A DNA stretch of 32,000 bases, from positions 270,001-302,000 of the forward strand of contig CP001848.1 in NCBI GenBank assembly GCA_000025185.1, written 5' to 3'. This DNA is from Pirellula staleyi DSM 6068. GTDB taxonomy: Bacteria > Planctomycetota > Planctomycetia > Pirellulales > Pirellulaceae. The notes beneath the pieces were generated by a model that saw only the letters and a program-made list of their open reading frames with translations, was not told the origin of the DNA and ran no database searches. Position numbers and translations under genes: made by a program. Shown here one piece after another: positions 15,305 through 24,551 of this stretch. Positions within the stretch are counted from its first letter, which is position 1, and each line of letters begins with the position of its first letter.

Positions 15305-17374
15305 GTGCCCCAAGCACTACGGAAGTGGTTTCCTTACGTGATGCTCCTGCTCGCCATTGCTGGCGTCGGCTGGGCGATCAATTTTTCGGAACTCCCGCCA
15401 GCCGACTTTACGTTCGATAATGGCAGCGAGATTCAAACCATCGATCAAGCGCGCGCAACCGGCGAGCCCGAGAACCGCATCATCAATGCCTGCTTCGAAG
15501 GGCTCCTCTCGACCCTCCCGGAAGCAGGCTGGGAACAGAAATATCCCTTCGGCGAAAACGTGCCGGTCAGTCCCCAGCCAGCTGCAGCAGAGCGTTTCGA
15601 GGTCTCGGAAGATGGACGGGTCTATACGTTTCACATCCGCAAGTCGGCGAAGTGGAGCGACGGCTCGCCTGTCACCGCCCACGACTTCACGTTCAGCTGG
15701 ATGCGCACGCTTCATCCGGAAACTGCATCGCAGTACTCGTTTCAGCTCCACTATCTAGTCGGCGCACTCGAGTACAACACCGCTGTCGTGAAGCTCGGCG
15801 ATCCTCTCGAAATCGAACTCGATTTGCCCGCCAGCCAAGGTGGCCGCCGCGATCCGATTCAGCTCTTTCCGCGCAGTAAAATTGTCCGCGGCCAGTTGGT
15901 CCGAATGGTGGACCCCGCTCCGCTCGAGCATGCAGCCGACGTCGATGCCGACACGCGGGCTGCGAAAGATGCCAAGCATCTCGAGGCACGTGTGTTCATC
16001 GTGAATGTCGCCGAGCCAGGTGCCCGGGAAGAGCTGCGTGCTTTCTCGCTTGATGTGCCACGCTCGCAGAAACTTTTCAGTGAGCTGCCTATCGAGCCGG
16101 CGCATCATGTGCTTCCCGATTTCGAAAAAACGGTGGGAGTGAAAGCACTCGACGATCACACACTCGAAGTGACGCTCATCAACCGGACCGCCTATTTCCC
16201 TGCGCTCACGGCGTTCTATCCGCTTTATCCCGTGAATCGAAAATGCGTGGAAACCTTTGGATCACCCGACTGGACCAAGCCCGAAAATATCGTCGGAAAT
16301 GGCCCGTTTAAGCTGCAATTTCGCCGCATTCGCGACCGCATCCGCTTGGTGAAGAGCGATACCTACTGGGATGCAGCGAACGTGAAACTCAACATCATCG
16401 ACGCGCTCGCCATCAAGAGCGAAACCACCGCGCTCAATCTCTACCTCAAGGGAAACCTCGACTGGGCCACGATCGTTCCCGCAGCAACGATTCCGACGAT
16501 TAAAAAAGACTATGCCGACCAGTTCCATACCGCGCCGCAGTTGACGGTCTACTTCTATCGAATCAACACCACGCATCCGTCGCTCAAGAATCCCAAATTG
16601 CGGAAAGCGCTTTCGCTGGCGATCGACAAACAAAACATCGTCGAGTTCATTACCAAAGCGGGGGAATCCCCTGCTTGGACGATCGTTCCGCCAGGCCTTA
16701 CCGGCTATGAAGGTCCACCACCTCTGGCCTACGACATTGCTCAAGCCAAAGCGCTGCTGGCCGAAGCGGGCTATCCCGATGGAAGTGGCTTGCCGCCGAT
16801 TGAAATCCTTTACAACGATGTCGATCTCCATCGGACCATCGCCGAACGGATCCAGCAAATGTGGCGACAGAATCTCGGGATCGAGGCGAAGTTGCGTGGA
16901 CTCGAATGGGGTGTCTATCTCGATGCTCAGCAGAACCTCGCCTATCAAGTCTGTCGCGCTGGCTGGGTCGCCGACTATCCCGATCCCAACACGTTCCTCG
17001 ATCTCTGGACCTCCGAGAATACGCACAATCAGACCGGCTGGAAGAACCCCGCGTACGACAAACTGATTGCTGCGGCGGCCATCGAAGCCGACACACAAAA
17101 ACGGATGTCGCTGTTCCGCGATGCCGAGAAGATCTTGCTCGAAGAATGTCCGATCTTGCCGGTCTACTTCTACGTTTCTAAAAACATGGTGAAGACACGA
17201 GTGAAAGGTTTTTGCCCGAACGTGCTGAACTATCATCCGCTCAAAATCATCCGCATCGAAGAACCTGCAACTGCCTCGGCAGCAATTCCGGGGACCGATT
17301 TCTATCGCGGCGATTCCTCAGTGATTTCGGGCAACCAGAGCCACCGCGCTGTTGCCCAAGGAGGAGCCCGCTAG
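15305..17374 (+). CDS. peptide/nickel ABC transporter substrate-binding protein (family 5, OppA/DppA-like)
   Basis: The family-5 SBP pattern is present (GLL....E.G....A..FEVSEDGRVYTFHIRK.AKWSDGSPVTAHDFTFSW.R...PETAS.Y; VGVKALDDHTLEVTL; NGPFKL; GWVADYPDPNTFLDLW). The start is uncertain. GTG 15305 gives a signal-anchor (PQALRKWFPYVMLLLAIAGVGWA), and ATG 15341 is the alternative. Upstream codons of the track ORF look non-coding. Confidence 0.9.
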   Translation: MPQALRKWFPYVMLLLAIAGVGWAINFSELPPADFTFDNGSEIQTIDQARATGEPENRIINACFEGLLSTLPEAGWEQKYPFGENVPVSPQPAAAERFEVSEDGRVYTFHIRKSAKWSDGSPVTAHDFTFSWMRTLHPETASQYSFQLHYLVGALEYNTAVVKLGDPLEIELDLPASQGGRRDPIQLFPRSKIVRGQLVRMVDPAPLEHAADVDADTRAAKDAKHLEARVFIVNVAEPGAREELRAFSLDVPRSQKLFSELPIEPAHHVLPDFEKTVGVKALDDHTLEVTLINRTAYFPALTAFYPLYPVNRKCVETFGSPDWTKPENIVGNGPFKLQFRRIRDRIRLVKSDTYWDAANVKLNIIDALAIKSETTALNLYLKGNLDWATIVPAATIPTIKKDYADQFHTAPQLTVYFYRINTTHPSLKNPKLRKALSLAIDKQNIVEFITKAGESPAWTIVPPGLTGYEGPPPLAYDIAQAKALLAEAGYPDGSGLPPIEILYNDVDLHRTIAERIQQMWRQNLGIEAKLRGLEWGVYLDAQQNLAYQVCRAGWVADYPDPNTFLDLWTSENTHNQTGWKNPAYDKLIAAAAIEADTQKRMSLFRDAEKILLEECPILPVYFYVSKNMVKTRVKGFCPNVLNYHPLKIIRIEEPATASAAIPGTDFYRGDSSVISGNQSHRAVAQGGAR

Positions 17375-18309
17375 TGAACCTGCTCCTGCATTTCCTTTCG
17401 CTGCTGGTCAAACGCATCGCCTGGATGGCCCTCACGCTGTGGGTCGTCTTTACGATTTCGTTTCTGCTGATGTATAGCGTTCCTGGTGGTCCGTTCTCTT
17501 CGGAAAAGAAGCTCCCCCCTGCGATTCAGCGCAACATCGACGCGAAGTACAAATTCGATGATCCATTGATTCTGCAGTATCGCGATTTGCTCCTCGACTA
17601 CTTGCGGCTCGACTTCCGCGCTAGTTTTAAGATCGAAGACTTCACCGTCAACGAGATCATTGCCCAAAGCTTTCCCGCCAGCGCGGCTCTCGGGATCATT
17701 TCATTGACACTCGCCCTCGTCGTTGGAATGACTGCGGGTGTGATTAGTGCCGTGAATCGCAACACACCAATCGACTACTTCTTCATGTCGATTGCCACGC
17801 TCGGAATCGCTATTCCGCTTTTCGTCCTCTCGACGATTGCGGTGCTGGTGGTGGTGTTTGGTCTCGGTTTACTCCCGCCAGCTGGCTGGGGGGCGATGAA
17901 TCAGATCATCCTCCCTGCCTGCTGTTTGGCCGCCCCCTATGCCGCGTACATCGCGCGCCTCACACGCGCTGGCATGCTCGATGTGCTGAGCCTCGACTAC
18001 ATTCGGACCGCCTATGCCAAGGGGCTTGCGCCGCGGACTGTGATTGTTCGTCACGCGCTACAAGGAGCACTCTTGCCCGTGGTGTCGTTCATCGGCCCAG
18101 CAGCCGCTGGCATTCTGACGGGCTCCCTGGTGGTGGAACGGATTTTCAACATTCCCGGCATGGGAAGTTTTTTCGTCGAAGCGGCTCAGCAGCGCGACTA
18201 CACCTTGGCGATGGGCATGGTGATGCTCTACACGTTCATGGTCTATTTGCTGAACATGATGGTCGACTTGTCGTACGCGATCCTCGATCCGCGCGTGAAG
18301 ATGAGTTAG
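17374..18309 (+). CDS. ABC transporter permease (OppB/DppB-like)
   Basis: GTG 17374 overlaps the SBP stop (TAGTG) and is preceded by GGAGGAG. The N-terminus LLKRIAWMALTLWVVFTISFLLMYSVPGGPF and the loop motif LDYIRTAYAKGL are typical of OppB-type permeases. Confidence 0.92.
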   Translation: MNLLLHFLSLLVKRIAWMALTLWVVFTISFLLMYSVPGGPFSSEKKLPPAIQRNIDAKYKFDDPLILQYRDLLLDYLRLDFRASFKIEDFTVNEIIAQSFPASAALGIISLTLALVVGMTAGVISAVNRNTPIDYFFMSIATLGIAIPLFVLSTIAVLVVVFGLGLLPPAGWGAMNQIILPACCLAAPYAAYIARLTRAGMLDVLSLDYIRTAYAKGLAPRTVIVRHALQGALLPVVSFIGPAAAGILTGSLVVERIFNIPGMGSFFVEAAQQRDYTLAMGMVMLYTFMVYLLNMMVDLSYAILDPRVKMS

Positions 18310-18357
18310 TGATTTGCTCGCCCGCCACTTGGAAGCCAGACACCGAGATCTAATTTC

Positions 18358-19575
18358 GTGAACGCGACGACAACGAACTCTGCAAAGTCCACCGCAACAG
18401 CCGACCGCTATGCCAAACTGCTGGAAGAAGCAGCAAGCATCCGGGGTGTATCGCTGTGGCTCGATGCTTGGCGTCGATTGCAGCGCAACCGGGCGGCACT
18501 TGTCTCGATTGTCACGCTGGCGGTGATCCTCGTGCTGGCCATTTTCACCCCGCTCTTACCGCTCCAGCCGCCGATCTATCAGCGTGCTGATGCCGAGCAT
18601 GCTTTCGCTCCGCCGAGCCTGAAAGCGACGCCACTTCCATTTACTTCAGCCGATCTGGCTGCTGCAGAAGAGAAGATTCAAGCGACACAACAGAAACTAG
18701 CGTCGGCCAAGAGCGACGAGCGTGCGCAACTCGAAAAAGACCTGAATTTGGCCCTTCGAAATCACCCGATTCTGCGGGAGTGGAATCAGCCGGGGCCGGT
18801 CACCTACTGGATGATTCGCACGCGGCTGTCGCTCTTTGGTAGCTGGAGCGTCCCTTCGATTTTGGGACGCGACGAACTAGGCCGCGACCTGCTTTGCCGC
18901 ATCTTTTGGGGCTCGCGCGTGTCGCTGATGGTCGGGTTCGTAGCCGCCGCTGTGTCGCTGGTGATCGGCGTGCTCTACGGCGCTATCTCTGGTTTCGCGG
19001 GGGGCATTATCGACACCATCATGATGCGGATCGTCGATGTGCTGTACTCGATTCCGTTCATTTTCGTCGTGATTTTTGCCATCACAATCCTTTCGGAAGA
19101 GACCCTGGCGGCCGCGCTGGAGTCGCTGGGAATCGATCAGATTTCGGTCTTCTATATTCTGATCGGCGCGATCTACTGGCTCACGATGGCGCGCGTGGTG
19201 CGCGGGCAAGTGCTGTCGCTCAAGAACGAACAATTTATCGATGCAGCACGAGTGAGTGGTGCCTCGAGCGCGCGGATCGTGATTCGTCACCTGGTTCCCA
19301 ATGTCTTGGGAATCGTGATCATCTACCTGACCCTCACCATTCCAAGCGTGATGCTGTTCGAGGCCTTTCTGTCGTTCTTAGGACTCGGTGTCCAAGCCCC
19401 CGATGTGTCGTGGGGATTGCTCGTCTTCGACGGGGTGAAGGTGATCACGCCACTGCAAAAACTTTGGTGGCTCGTTGTCTTTCCGGGACTCGCGCTCGCC
19501 ATCACGCTGTTTGCTCTCAACTTCCTGGGCGATGGTCTGCGCGACGCGCTCGATCCTCGTCTAAAGAATCGATAA
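18358..19575 (+). CDS. ABC transporter permease (OppC/DppC-like) with enlarged first periplasmic loop
   Basis: GTG 18358. SLWLDAWRRLQRNRAAL, GRDELGRDLL.RI..G.R.SL and QFIDAARVSGASSARIVIRHLVPNV, and the ending FLGDGLRDALDPR, all parallel E. coli OppC (from memory). Confidence 0.9.
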   Translation: MNATTTNSAKSTATADRYAKLLEEAASIRGVSLWLDAWRRLQRNRAALVSIVTLAVILVLAIFTPLLPLQPPIYQRADAEHAFAPPSLKATPLPFTSADLAAAEEKIQATQQKLASAKSDERAQLEKDLNLALRNHPILREWNQPGPVTYWMIRTRLSLFGSWSVPSILGRDELGRDLLCRIFWGSRVSLMVGFVAAAVSLVIGVLYGAISGFAGGIIDTIMMRIVDVLYSIPFIFVVIFAITILSEETLAAALESLGIDQISVFYILIGAIYWLTMARVVRGQVLSLKNEQFIDAARVSGASSARIVIRHLVPNVLGIVIIYLTLTIPSVMLFEAFLSFLGLGVQAPDVSWGLLVFDGVKVITPLQKLWWLVVFPGLALAITLFALNFLGDGLRDALDPRLKNR

Positions 19576-20588
19576 TGAACGCCAAACGACCACTACTTTC
19601 GATCGAAGACTTGCACGTCCACTTCCAAGTGGATGATGGTCTGGTGCGCGCTGTGAATGGTGTTTCGCTGCAGCTCGAAGCTGGCGAAACGCTAGGAGTT
19701 GTCGGTGAATCGGGGAGTGGCAAGAGTGTCACGAGCCTGGCCATGCTGGGACTGATTCCTCAGCCTCCCGGGATCATCGCCGGTGGCCGTGCGCTGTTCG
19801 AAGGGCGCGATCTACTGAAGATGTCGCGCGAAGAATTGTCGCAGGTGCGCGGCCGTCGTATTGCGATGATCTTTCAAGACCCAATGACAGCGCTCAACCC
19901 GCTGCTGACCGTCGCCGAACAACTCACCGAGGTGACGCAGCTGCACCTGAAGCACACCTATGCTCAAGCTCGACGGCATGCGATTGAAATGCTGGGACTC
20001 GTTGGAATTCCGGCCCCCGATGTGCGTGTCGATGACTATCCGCATCAGTTCAGTGGTGGCATGCGGCAGCGTGTGATGATTGCGATGGCACTCTCGTGCG
20101 ATCCCGAAATCTTGATTGCCGATGAGCCTACGACGGCGCTCGATGTAACGATTCAAGCGCAGATGCTGGAGCTCATCAAATCGCTGCAAGTCCGGAAAGG
20201 GACCGCTGTGATTCTGGTGACTCACGCGCTCGGTGTGGTAGCGAGTGTTTGCGATCGCGTGCAGGTGATGTATGCCGGTCGCATCGTCGAAACGGCCAGC
20301 ACCGGCGGGCTGTTCGCAAGCCCCGAGCATCCCTACACGCAAGGCCTGCTCCGGAGTACGCCACGCTGGGATCTCGATCGAAAAACGGTGCTCGAAGCGA
20401 TTGAAGGACAGCCTCCCGACATGCTCCATCCACCGAGTGGTTGCGCTTTTCATCCGCGCTGTCCCCTGGCGATCGATCGCTGCAAAATCGATTTGCCGAT
20501 TCTCGAAGCGGCGATGCATGGCGGCATGAAGGCCTGTTTCGTCGATGCTCACCAACACGTAGCACTGACGAGTGAGGTGCGACCATGA
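19575..20588 (+). CDS. ABC transporter ATP-binding protein (OppD/DppD-like)
   Basis: ATG 19575 overlaps the permease stop (TAATG). Walker A is GESGSGKS, the signature is [15 protein letters not shown] and Walker B is [12 protein letters not shown]. The C-terminal oligopeptide-type extension has HPYT.GLL and the Cys motif [10 protein letters not shown]. Upstream codons of track ORF 18894.. are an out-of-frame overlap with the permease. Confidence 0.93.
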   Translation: MNAKRPLLSIEDLHVHFQVDDGLVRAVNGVSLQLEAGETLGVVGESGSGKSVTSLAMLGLIPQPPGIIAGGRALFEGRDLLKMSREELSQVRGRRIAMIFQDPMTALNPLLTVAEQLTEVTQLHLKHTYAQARRHAIEMLGLVGIPAPDVRVDDYPHQFSGGMRQRVMIAMALSCDPEILIADEPTTALDVTIQAQMLELIKSLQVRKGTAVILVTHALGVVASVCDRVQVMYAGRIVETASTGGLFASPEHPYTQGLLRSTPRWDLDRKTVLEAIEGQPPDMLHPPSGCAFHPRCPLAIDRCKIDLPILEAAMHGGMKACFVDAHQHVALTSEVRP

Positions 20589-21616
20589 ACAGCGGAACTC
20601 TCGCACGTGAGACAGGCACTACAGTGCAAAATCCGAAGGGAAAACCGATTGTCGAAGTGGTGAACCTGAAGGTTCATTTTCCTTTTCGGCGCGGCGGTTT
20701 CTTCACCGGCAAGCAAGGGGTGATTCGCGCCGTCGATGGTGTCAGCTTCTCGATTCGGCCCGGTGAAACCCTGGGGCTCGTCGGTGAATCAGGATGTGGC
20801 AAGAGCACCACGGCGCGAGCCATTGTGCGACTCGTCGATGCGACGGCAGGAGACATTCTGCTCGGCGGCACGAACATCACGAAACTCGGCGCGCGCGACA
20901 TGCTCCCCCATCGACGCGTGGTGCAAATGATCTTTCAAGATCCCTATGCCTCGCTCAATCCGCGGATGACGGTGGGGAGCATCATCGCCGAACCGATGCA
21001 AATCCTGAGCCTGCACCAGCCGTCCCAGCGCAAACTTGAAGTGATGCGATTGATGGACTTGGTGGGACTCAACCCACGCTTTCTGAATCGCTATCCCCAC
21101 GAGTTTTCGGGCGGACAGCGTCAGCGCATTGGAATTGCGCGGGCCTTAGCAGCGGAGCCGAAGCTGATTGTATGCGATGAACCGGTGTCGGCACTCGACG
21201 TATCGATTCAAGCGCAGGTGGTGAACTTGCTGATGAAGCTGCAGGAAGAGCTGGGGGTAGCCTATCTCTTCATCTCGCACGATTTGTCGGTGGTGCGACA
21301 CATCTCGCACAAGATTGGTGTGATGTATCTCGGCCGGATTGTCGAAATGGGGTCGAGCGACGAATTGCGACGCGCTCCGAAGCACCCCTATACGCAAGCT
21401 CTCCTCTCAGCGGCACCGATTCCTGACCCAACGCTCGAAAAGACGCGTCAGCGAATCGTCCTCAAAGGTGAAGTGCCGAGTCCCGATCGAGAGTATCCCG
21501 GCTGTCCGTTTGCCGATCGTTGCCCCGTCGCTGAAGCACGCTGCAAAATCGACGTGCCACAGCTCTTGGGAATCGATCATCAGGTGGCGTGCCATCTCGC
21601 GCACCCTGGCAGCTAA
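20585..21616 (+). CDS. ABC transporter ATP-binding protein (OppF/DppF-like)
   Basis: ATGA start/stop overlap with the previous gene. Walker A is GESGCGKST, the signature is FSGGQRQRIGIARAL and Walker B is LIVCDEPVSALD. The C-terminal KHPYTQALLSA and GCPFADRC motifs are present. Confidence 0.93.
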   Translation: MNSGTLARETGTTVQNPKGKPIVEVVNLKVHFPFRRGGFFTGKQGVIRAVDGVSFSIRPGETLGLVGESGCGKSTTARAIVRLVDATAGDILLGGTNITKLGARDMLPHRRVVQMIFQDPYASLNPRMTVGSIIAEPMQILSLHQPSQRKLEVMRLMDLVGLNPRFLNRYPHEFSGGQRQRIGIARALAAEPKLIVCDEPVSALDVSIQAQVVNLLMKLQEELGVAYLFISHDLSVVRHISHKIGVMYLGRIVEMGSSDELRRAPKHPYTQALLSAAPIPDPTLEKTRQRIVLKGEVPSPDREYPGCPFADRCPVAEARCKIDVPQLLGIDHQVACHLAHPGS

Positions 21617-21626
21617 GAAGCCCTGC

Positions 21627-21848
21627 TTAACCGAGTTGCTGCGGTGCAGTTTCGGTGGCGACAAACCCGCACGTCTTGTGCTTCCCATCGCAGAAGGGCT
21701 TGTTGGCCGACGCGCCACAGCGACAGAGTGCGATGAACGTCTTCCCTTCGGGAATGGGGAATGGATTTCCCGAAGCATCGACAATTTTGACAGGTCCCTC
21801 GATCACGAGGGGTCCACTTTCACGCGTACGAATCGTTACATCGGCCAT
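21627..21848 (-). CDS. CDGSH iron-sulfur domain-containing protein (73 aa)
   Basis: ATG 21848 (MADVTIRTRESGPLVIEG...). CRCGASANKPFCDGKH fits the C-x-C-x2-S-x3-P-x-C-D-G-x-H 2Fe-2S signature. The 46 upstream codons in the track ORF look non-coding. Confidence 0.85.
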   Translation of the reverse strand: MADVTIRTRESGPLVIEGPVKIVDASGNPFPIPEGKTFIALCRCGASANKPFCDGKHKTCGFVATETAPQQLG

Positions 21849-22399
21849 CGATGCTCTCCTGGAATCTGGCGGCAGCTGGTTCGGATTGAAGCAGTCAGGT
21901 GAAGTGTAGCACCACCCGCGCACGACACCAGCTAGTGAGGCTCGCGCAGCGCTGCAGCCTGATCTCGGCCGATGTCGCGGCAGCAACGTGCCGCAGAGTT
22001 TGTGCAGATCGCAGACTTGCTACGACTGGCGCATAATCGGGCTCTCGGTGCTCTCCTGACGACTCAATTTTTGGCGTCGATGTCGCGCGCCTCTCCCTGC
22101 TCCTATTTCCCAGCTTCTAACGCATGGTGATGGGGCTGCAACCATCGGCTAGCGACAGGTTTTCCCCGGAGCGGTTAAATCACTTTCGGCTGCTAAACGT
22201 TGCTCTGGTGCGAGGTTCACAGTTTCTTCCGCGCAGCAGTTCCCCTTTTCTTCACGGGTGCTAGTCTGACGCCTCGCTGGTGTGCCACTTTCGCGCGAAC
22301 GAATGCCTTGCGGCCTACGTAGCGAAAGGGGCAGGTACTCCGAAACCGCCCTCCGCCCGGCGATCTGTCCCCCCTTCTTCGAAAGCTGAATCCCTCGCG

Positions 22400-23317
22400 A
22401 TGAGCACCGCTGAATTCTCCGGTAGCGATCTCTCCGGCCCCGAACCCGAGCGCAACGAACTGCCGCTTAACGCGGACGCGCTGGCAATCTCGGCTGAAGC
22501 GACCGAGGCGTCGCAGCCGTTTGTTGGTCAGTGGAATCACCTAGTAAGCACGGCGAACTGGGAGAAGGGACGGATCATTTTCGAGTGGCGCGAGGCGCTG
22601 CAGGCAAAAGGTGCCGATGCGGTTGAGTTTTCCGACGAAGCATGGAGCCGTCTGGTGGGTGGTGTGACCGGACAGCATGTCGGTCGTTTGCGCCGCGTGT
22701 ATGCCAAGTTCGGCAAAACCTATCAGCAGTACGAAACGCTCTACTGGAGCCACTTCCAAGCGGCGATCGATTGGAGCGATGCTGAAATGTGGCTCGAAGG
22801 TGCCATGCAGAGTCGCTGGAGCGTGGCGCAGATGCGCACACGTCGCTGGGAAACGCTTGGCAGCCTTGCCACCGAAAACCCAGTCGCCGAGCCGACGATT
22901 ACAGCTGAAGTGGACGAGGATTTCGAAGCCCCTCGCGCTCAGCCTCGCACCGGGGACGAGATTACGTCGAGCCTTGGTGAAGTGAATTCGACCGGACCAC
23001 TTCACGAAGGTCCTGACTTCGGAGATGGCGATGGTAGCGAGTTCGCTGGAACTCCTTCCAACACCCCTTGGAACGAAGAGGCACGCGGCGAGTACGACGA
23101 GCCAACAGCCGCCGAGAAAGCGCAGCTGATCAGCCCGTTTGAAGGGTTGCCAACTTTGCCCGACGACTTGGCCGAAGCGTTCGATCAGCTGAAGCTGGCC
23201 ATCGTGCGTCACAAAGCGGCAGGCTGGAAAGAAGTTTCGGCTGACGCTGTCGAGCAGACCCTCACAGCCATGAAAGCCCTGTGCGTCGCTCCTAAATCGA
23301 GCGAAGCACCTTTCTAA
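22400..23317 (+). CDS. hypothetical protein (N-terminal helical putative DNA-binding-like domain, acidic disordered middle, helical C-terminus)
   Basis: ATG 22400 (MSTAEFSG...). The codon bias is consistent with the neighbouring genes. The segment LYWSHFQAAIDWSDAEMWLEGAMQSRWSVAQMRTRRWE resembles the WSH....W..A....WSVRel pattern of YhcG/DUF1016 N-terminal domains (from memory, weak). Confidence 0.7.
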   Translation: MSTAEFSGSDLSGPEPERNELPLNADALAISAEATEASQPFVGQWNHLVSTANWEKGRIIFEWREALQAKGADAVEFSDEAWSRLVGGVTGQHVGRLRRVYAKFGKTYQQYETLYWSHFQAAIDWSDAEMWLEGAMQSRWSVAQMRTRRWETLGSLATENPVAEPTITAEVDEDFEAPRAQPRTGDEITSSLGEVNSTGPLHEGPDFGDGDGSEFAGTPSNTPWNEEARGEYDEPTAAEKAQLISPFEGLPTLPDDLAEAFDQLKLAIVRHKAAGWKEVSADAVEQTLTAMKALCVAPKSSEAPF

Positions 23318-23364
23318 GTAGGTCCCCCAGCCGGTCAGAATTTCGGGCAGAGTGCTCGGCGAAG

Positions 23365-23401
23365 AAAAAATCGAAGTGAGTCGCTACTGGAACTCACTTC
23401 G
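23365..23401 (-). terminator. rho-independent terminator of the sigma/anti-sigma operon
   Basis: CGAAGTGAGT (23372-23381) and ACTCACTTCG (23392-23401) form a perfect 10-bp stem with a 10-nt loop. On the minus strand ATTTTTTCTTC follows. It lies 22 nt past the anti-sigma stop. Confidence 0.7.
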
Positions 23402-23422
23402 CACCGCGAGCATTGGCTTGCT

Positions 23423-24493
23423 CTAGCGGAAATTATCTTCCACCAAGATCAGCACGCGAATGGTCTTTACCTTCGCTGCAGGAAGCTGCTTCGGTGCGTC
23501 TGTGGTGCTCGATGGAGCCACTTCTGGCAGACGCAAAATGCGGGGATTGATCCGCTGAGCTTTGGCTGCTGAGTCATCGGCTGCTGAAGCACCGGGACGA
23601 GCCGGGGATTCTCCTTCCCCCTCCCCCGTTTCGAGTCGCGAGGTCACCAGTTGCTCGTCGAGAGCAAGCTTGGTTTCAAACTGCACATCCCCCGCGCTAC
23701 CAATTTGTGAATGGAGCGAAGCGAGTGCTTGCTCGATCATGTCGGCAGGAAGTTCGACATAGACCGCTTCCCCCGCTGATTTCGCGGCAGTTCCGCCAGC
23801 AATCTGAGCCTGAGCATTTTTGCGATACGCGCCACTCACTGCCATGGTGGCTGGCGAGACTTGCGACGGATCGACAACACTCACCTTTTGCTCGGCGAGC
23901 CAATCATCCATCGGGGCCGAGACATTCAGCCCAGCAGGAAGTTTCACTCGCAGCACGGCGACCTCGCCAGGAGCCTCAATCGCGCCGAGCACAGAAGCAG
24001 CGAGGGCTCGCGCGGAAAGTGCTTCGGGTGTTTCTTCAGGAACAAGCTCGGGCGCGACGGCAGGAACCTCAGGATCGACGACGACTGGATTGATCGGCTC
24101 AGTTGGTCCCGACATGGTCCAGCGAATTGTCACCGCGACAAGCAAAACGGCTGCCAGCGATGCAGCGGCGATCCACAGTGGTTTGCGACTGGCAGCGGTG
24201 TCGCGCTCGGCTTTCGCAACTTTTGAGGAAGCTGCAGAAGAGGGCTTGGAAGACAACGGCTGCGCGACCGACTGCTGGGCAGCGATGCGAGCAAGCACAC
24301 CAGCGGCGAACTGGGTTGGGAGTTTCTGGGCTGGAAGCGACTGCACCAAGGCTTTGGTTTGACGCAACTCGGCCAGGAGCAACTGCGCGTCGCTATCGAC
24401 GGCAATCAGCTGCTCGATCTCGGCATGCTCTTCCCCGACAAGTTCCCCATCGAGATAGGCCGACAGTCGCTCGCTCGTTCGATAGTCGGTCAT
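23423..24493 (-). CDS. anti-sigma factor (single-pass membrane protein)
   Basis: ATG 24493 gives MTDYRTSERLSAYLDGELVGEEHAEIEQLIAVDSDAQLLLAELRQ (anti-sigma N-terminal domain pattern L..YLDGEL). There is one TM helix (LWIAAASLAAVLLVAVTI) and a ~220-aa extracytoplasmic part. It starts 58 nt downstream of the ECF sigma gene. Confidence 0.75.
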   Translation of the reverse strand: MTDYRTSERLSAYLDGELVGEEHAEIEQLIAVDSDAQLLLAELRQTKALVQSLPAQKLPTQFAAGVLARIAAQQSVAQPLSSKPSSAASSKVAKAERDTAASRKPLWIAAASLAAVLLVAVTIRWTMSGPTEPINPVVVDPEVPAVAPELVPEETPEALSARALAASVLGAIEAPGEVAVLRVKLPAGLNVSAPMDDWLAEQKVSVVDPSQVSPATMAVSGAYRKNAQAQIAGGTAAKSAGEAVYVELPADMIEQALASLHSQIGSAGDVQFETKLALDEQLVTSRLETGEGEGESPARPGASAADDSAAKAQRINPRILRLPEVAPSSTTDAPKQLPAAKVKTIRVLILVEDNFR

Positions 24494-24551
24494 TAGGGGT
24501 GGTTCCTCGGAAAACTCGTCAACGTGAAGTACTAAATCAAAATCGGGCTTT

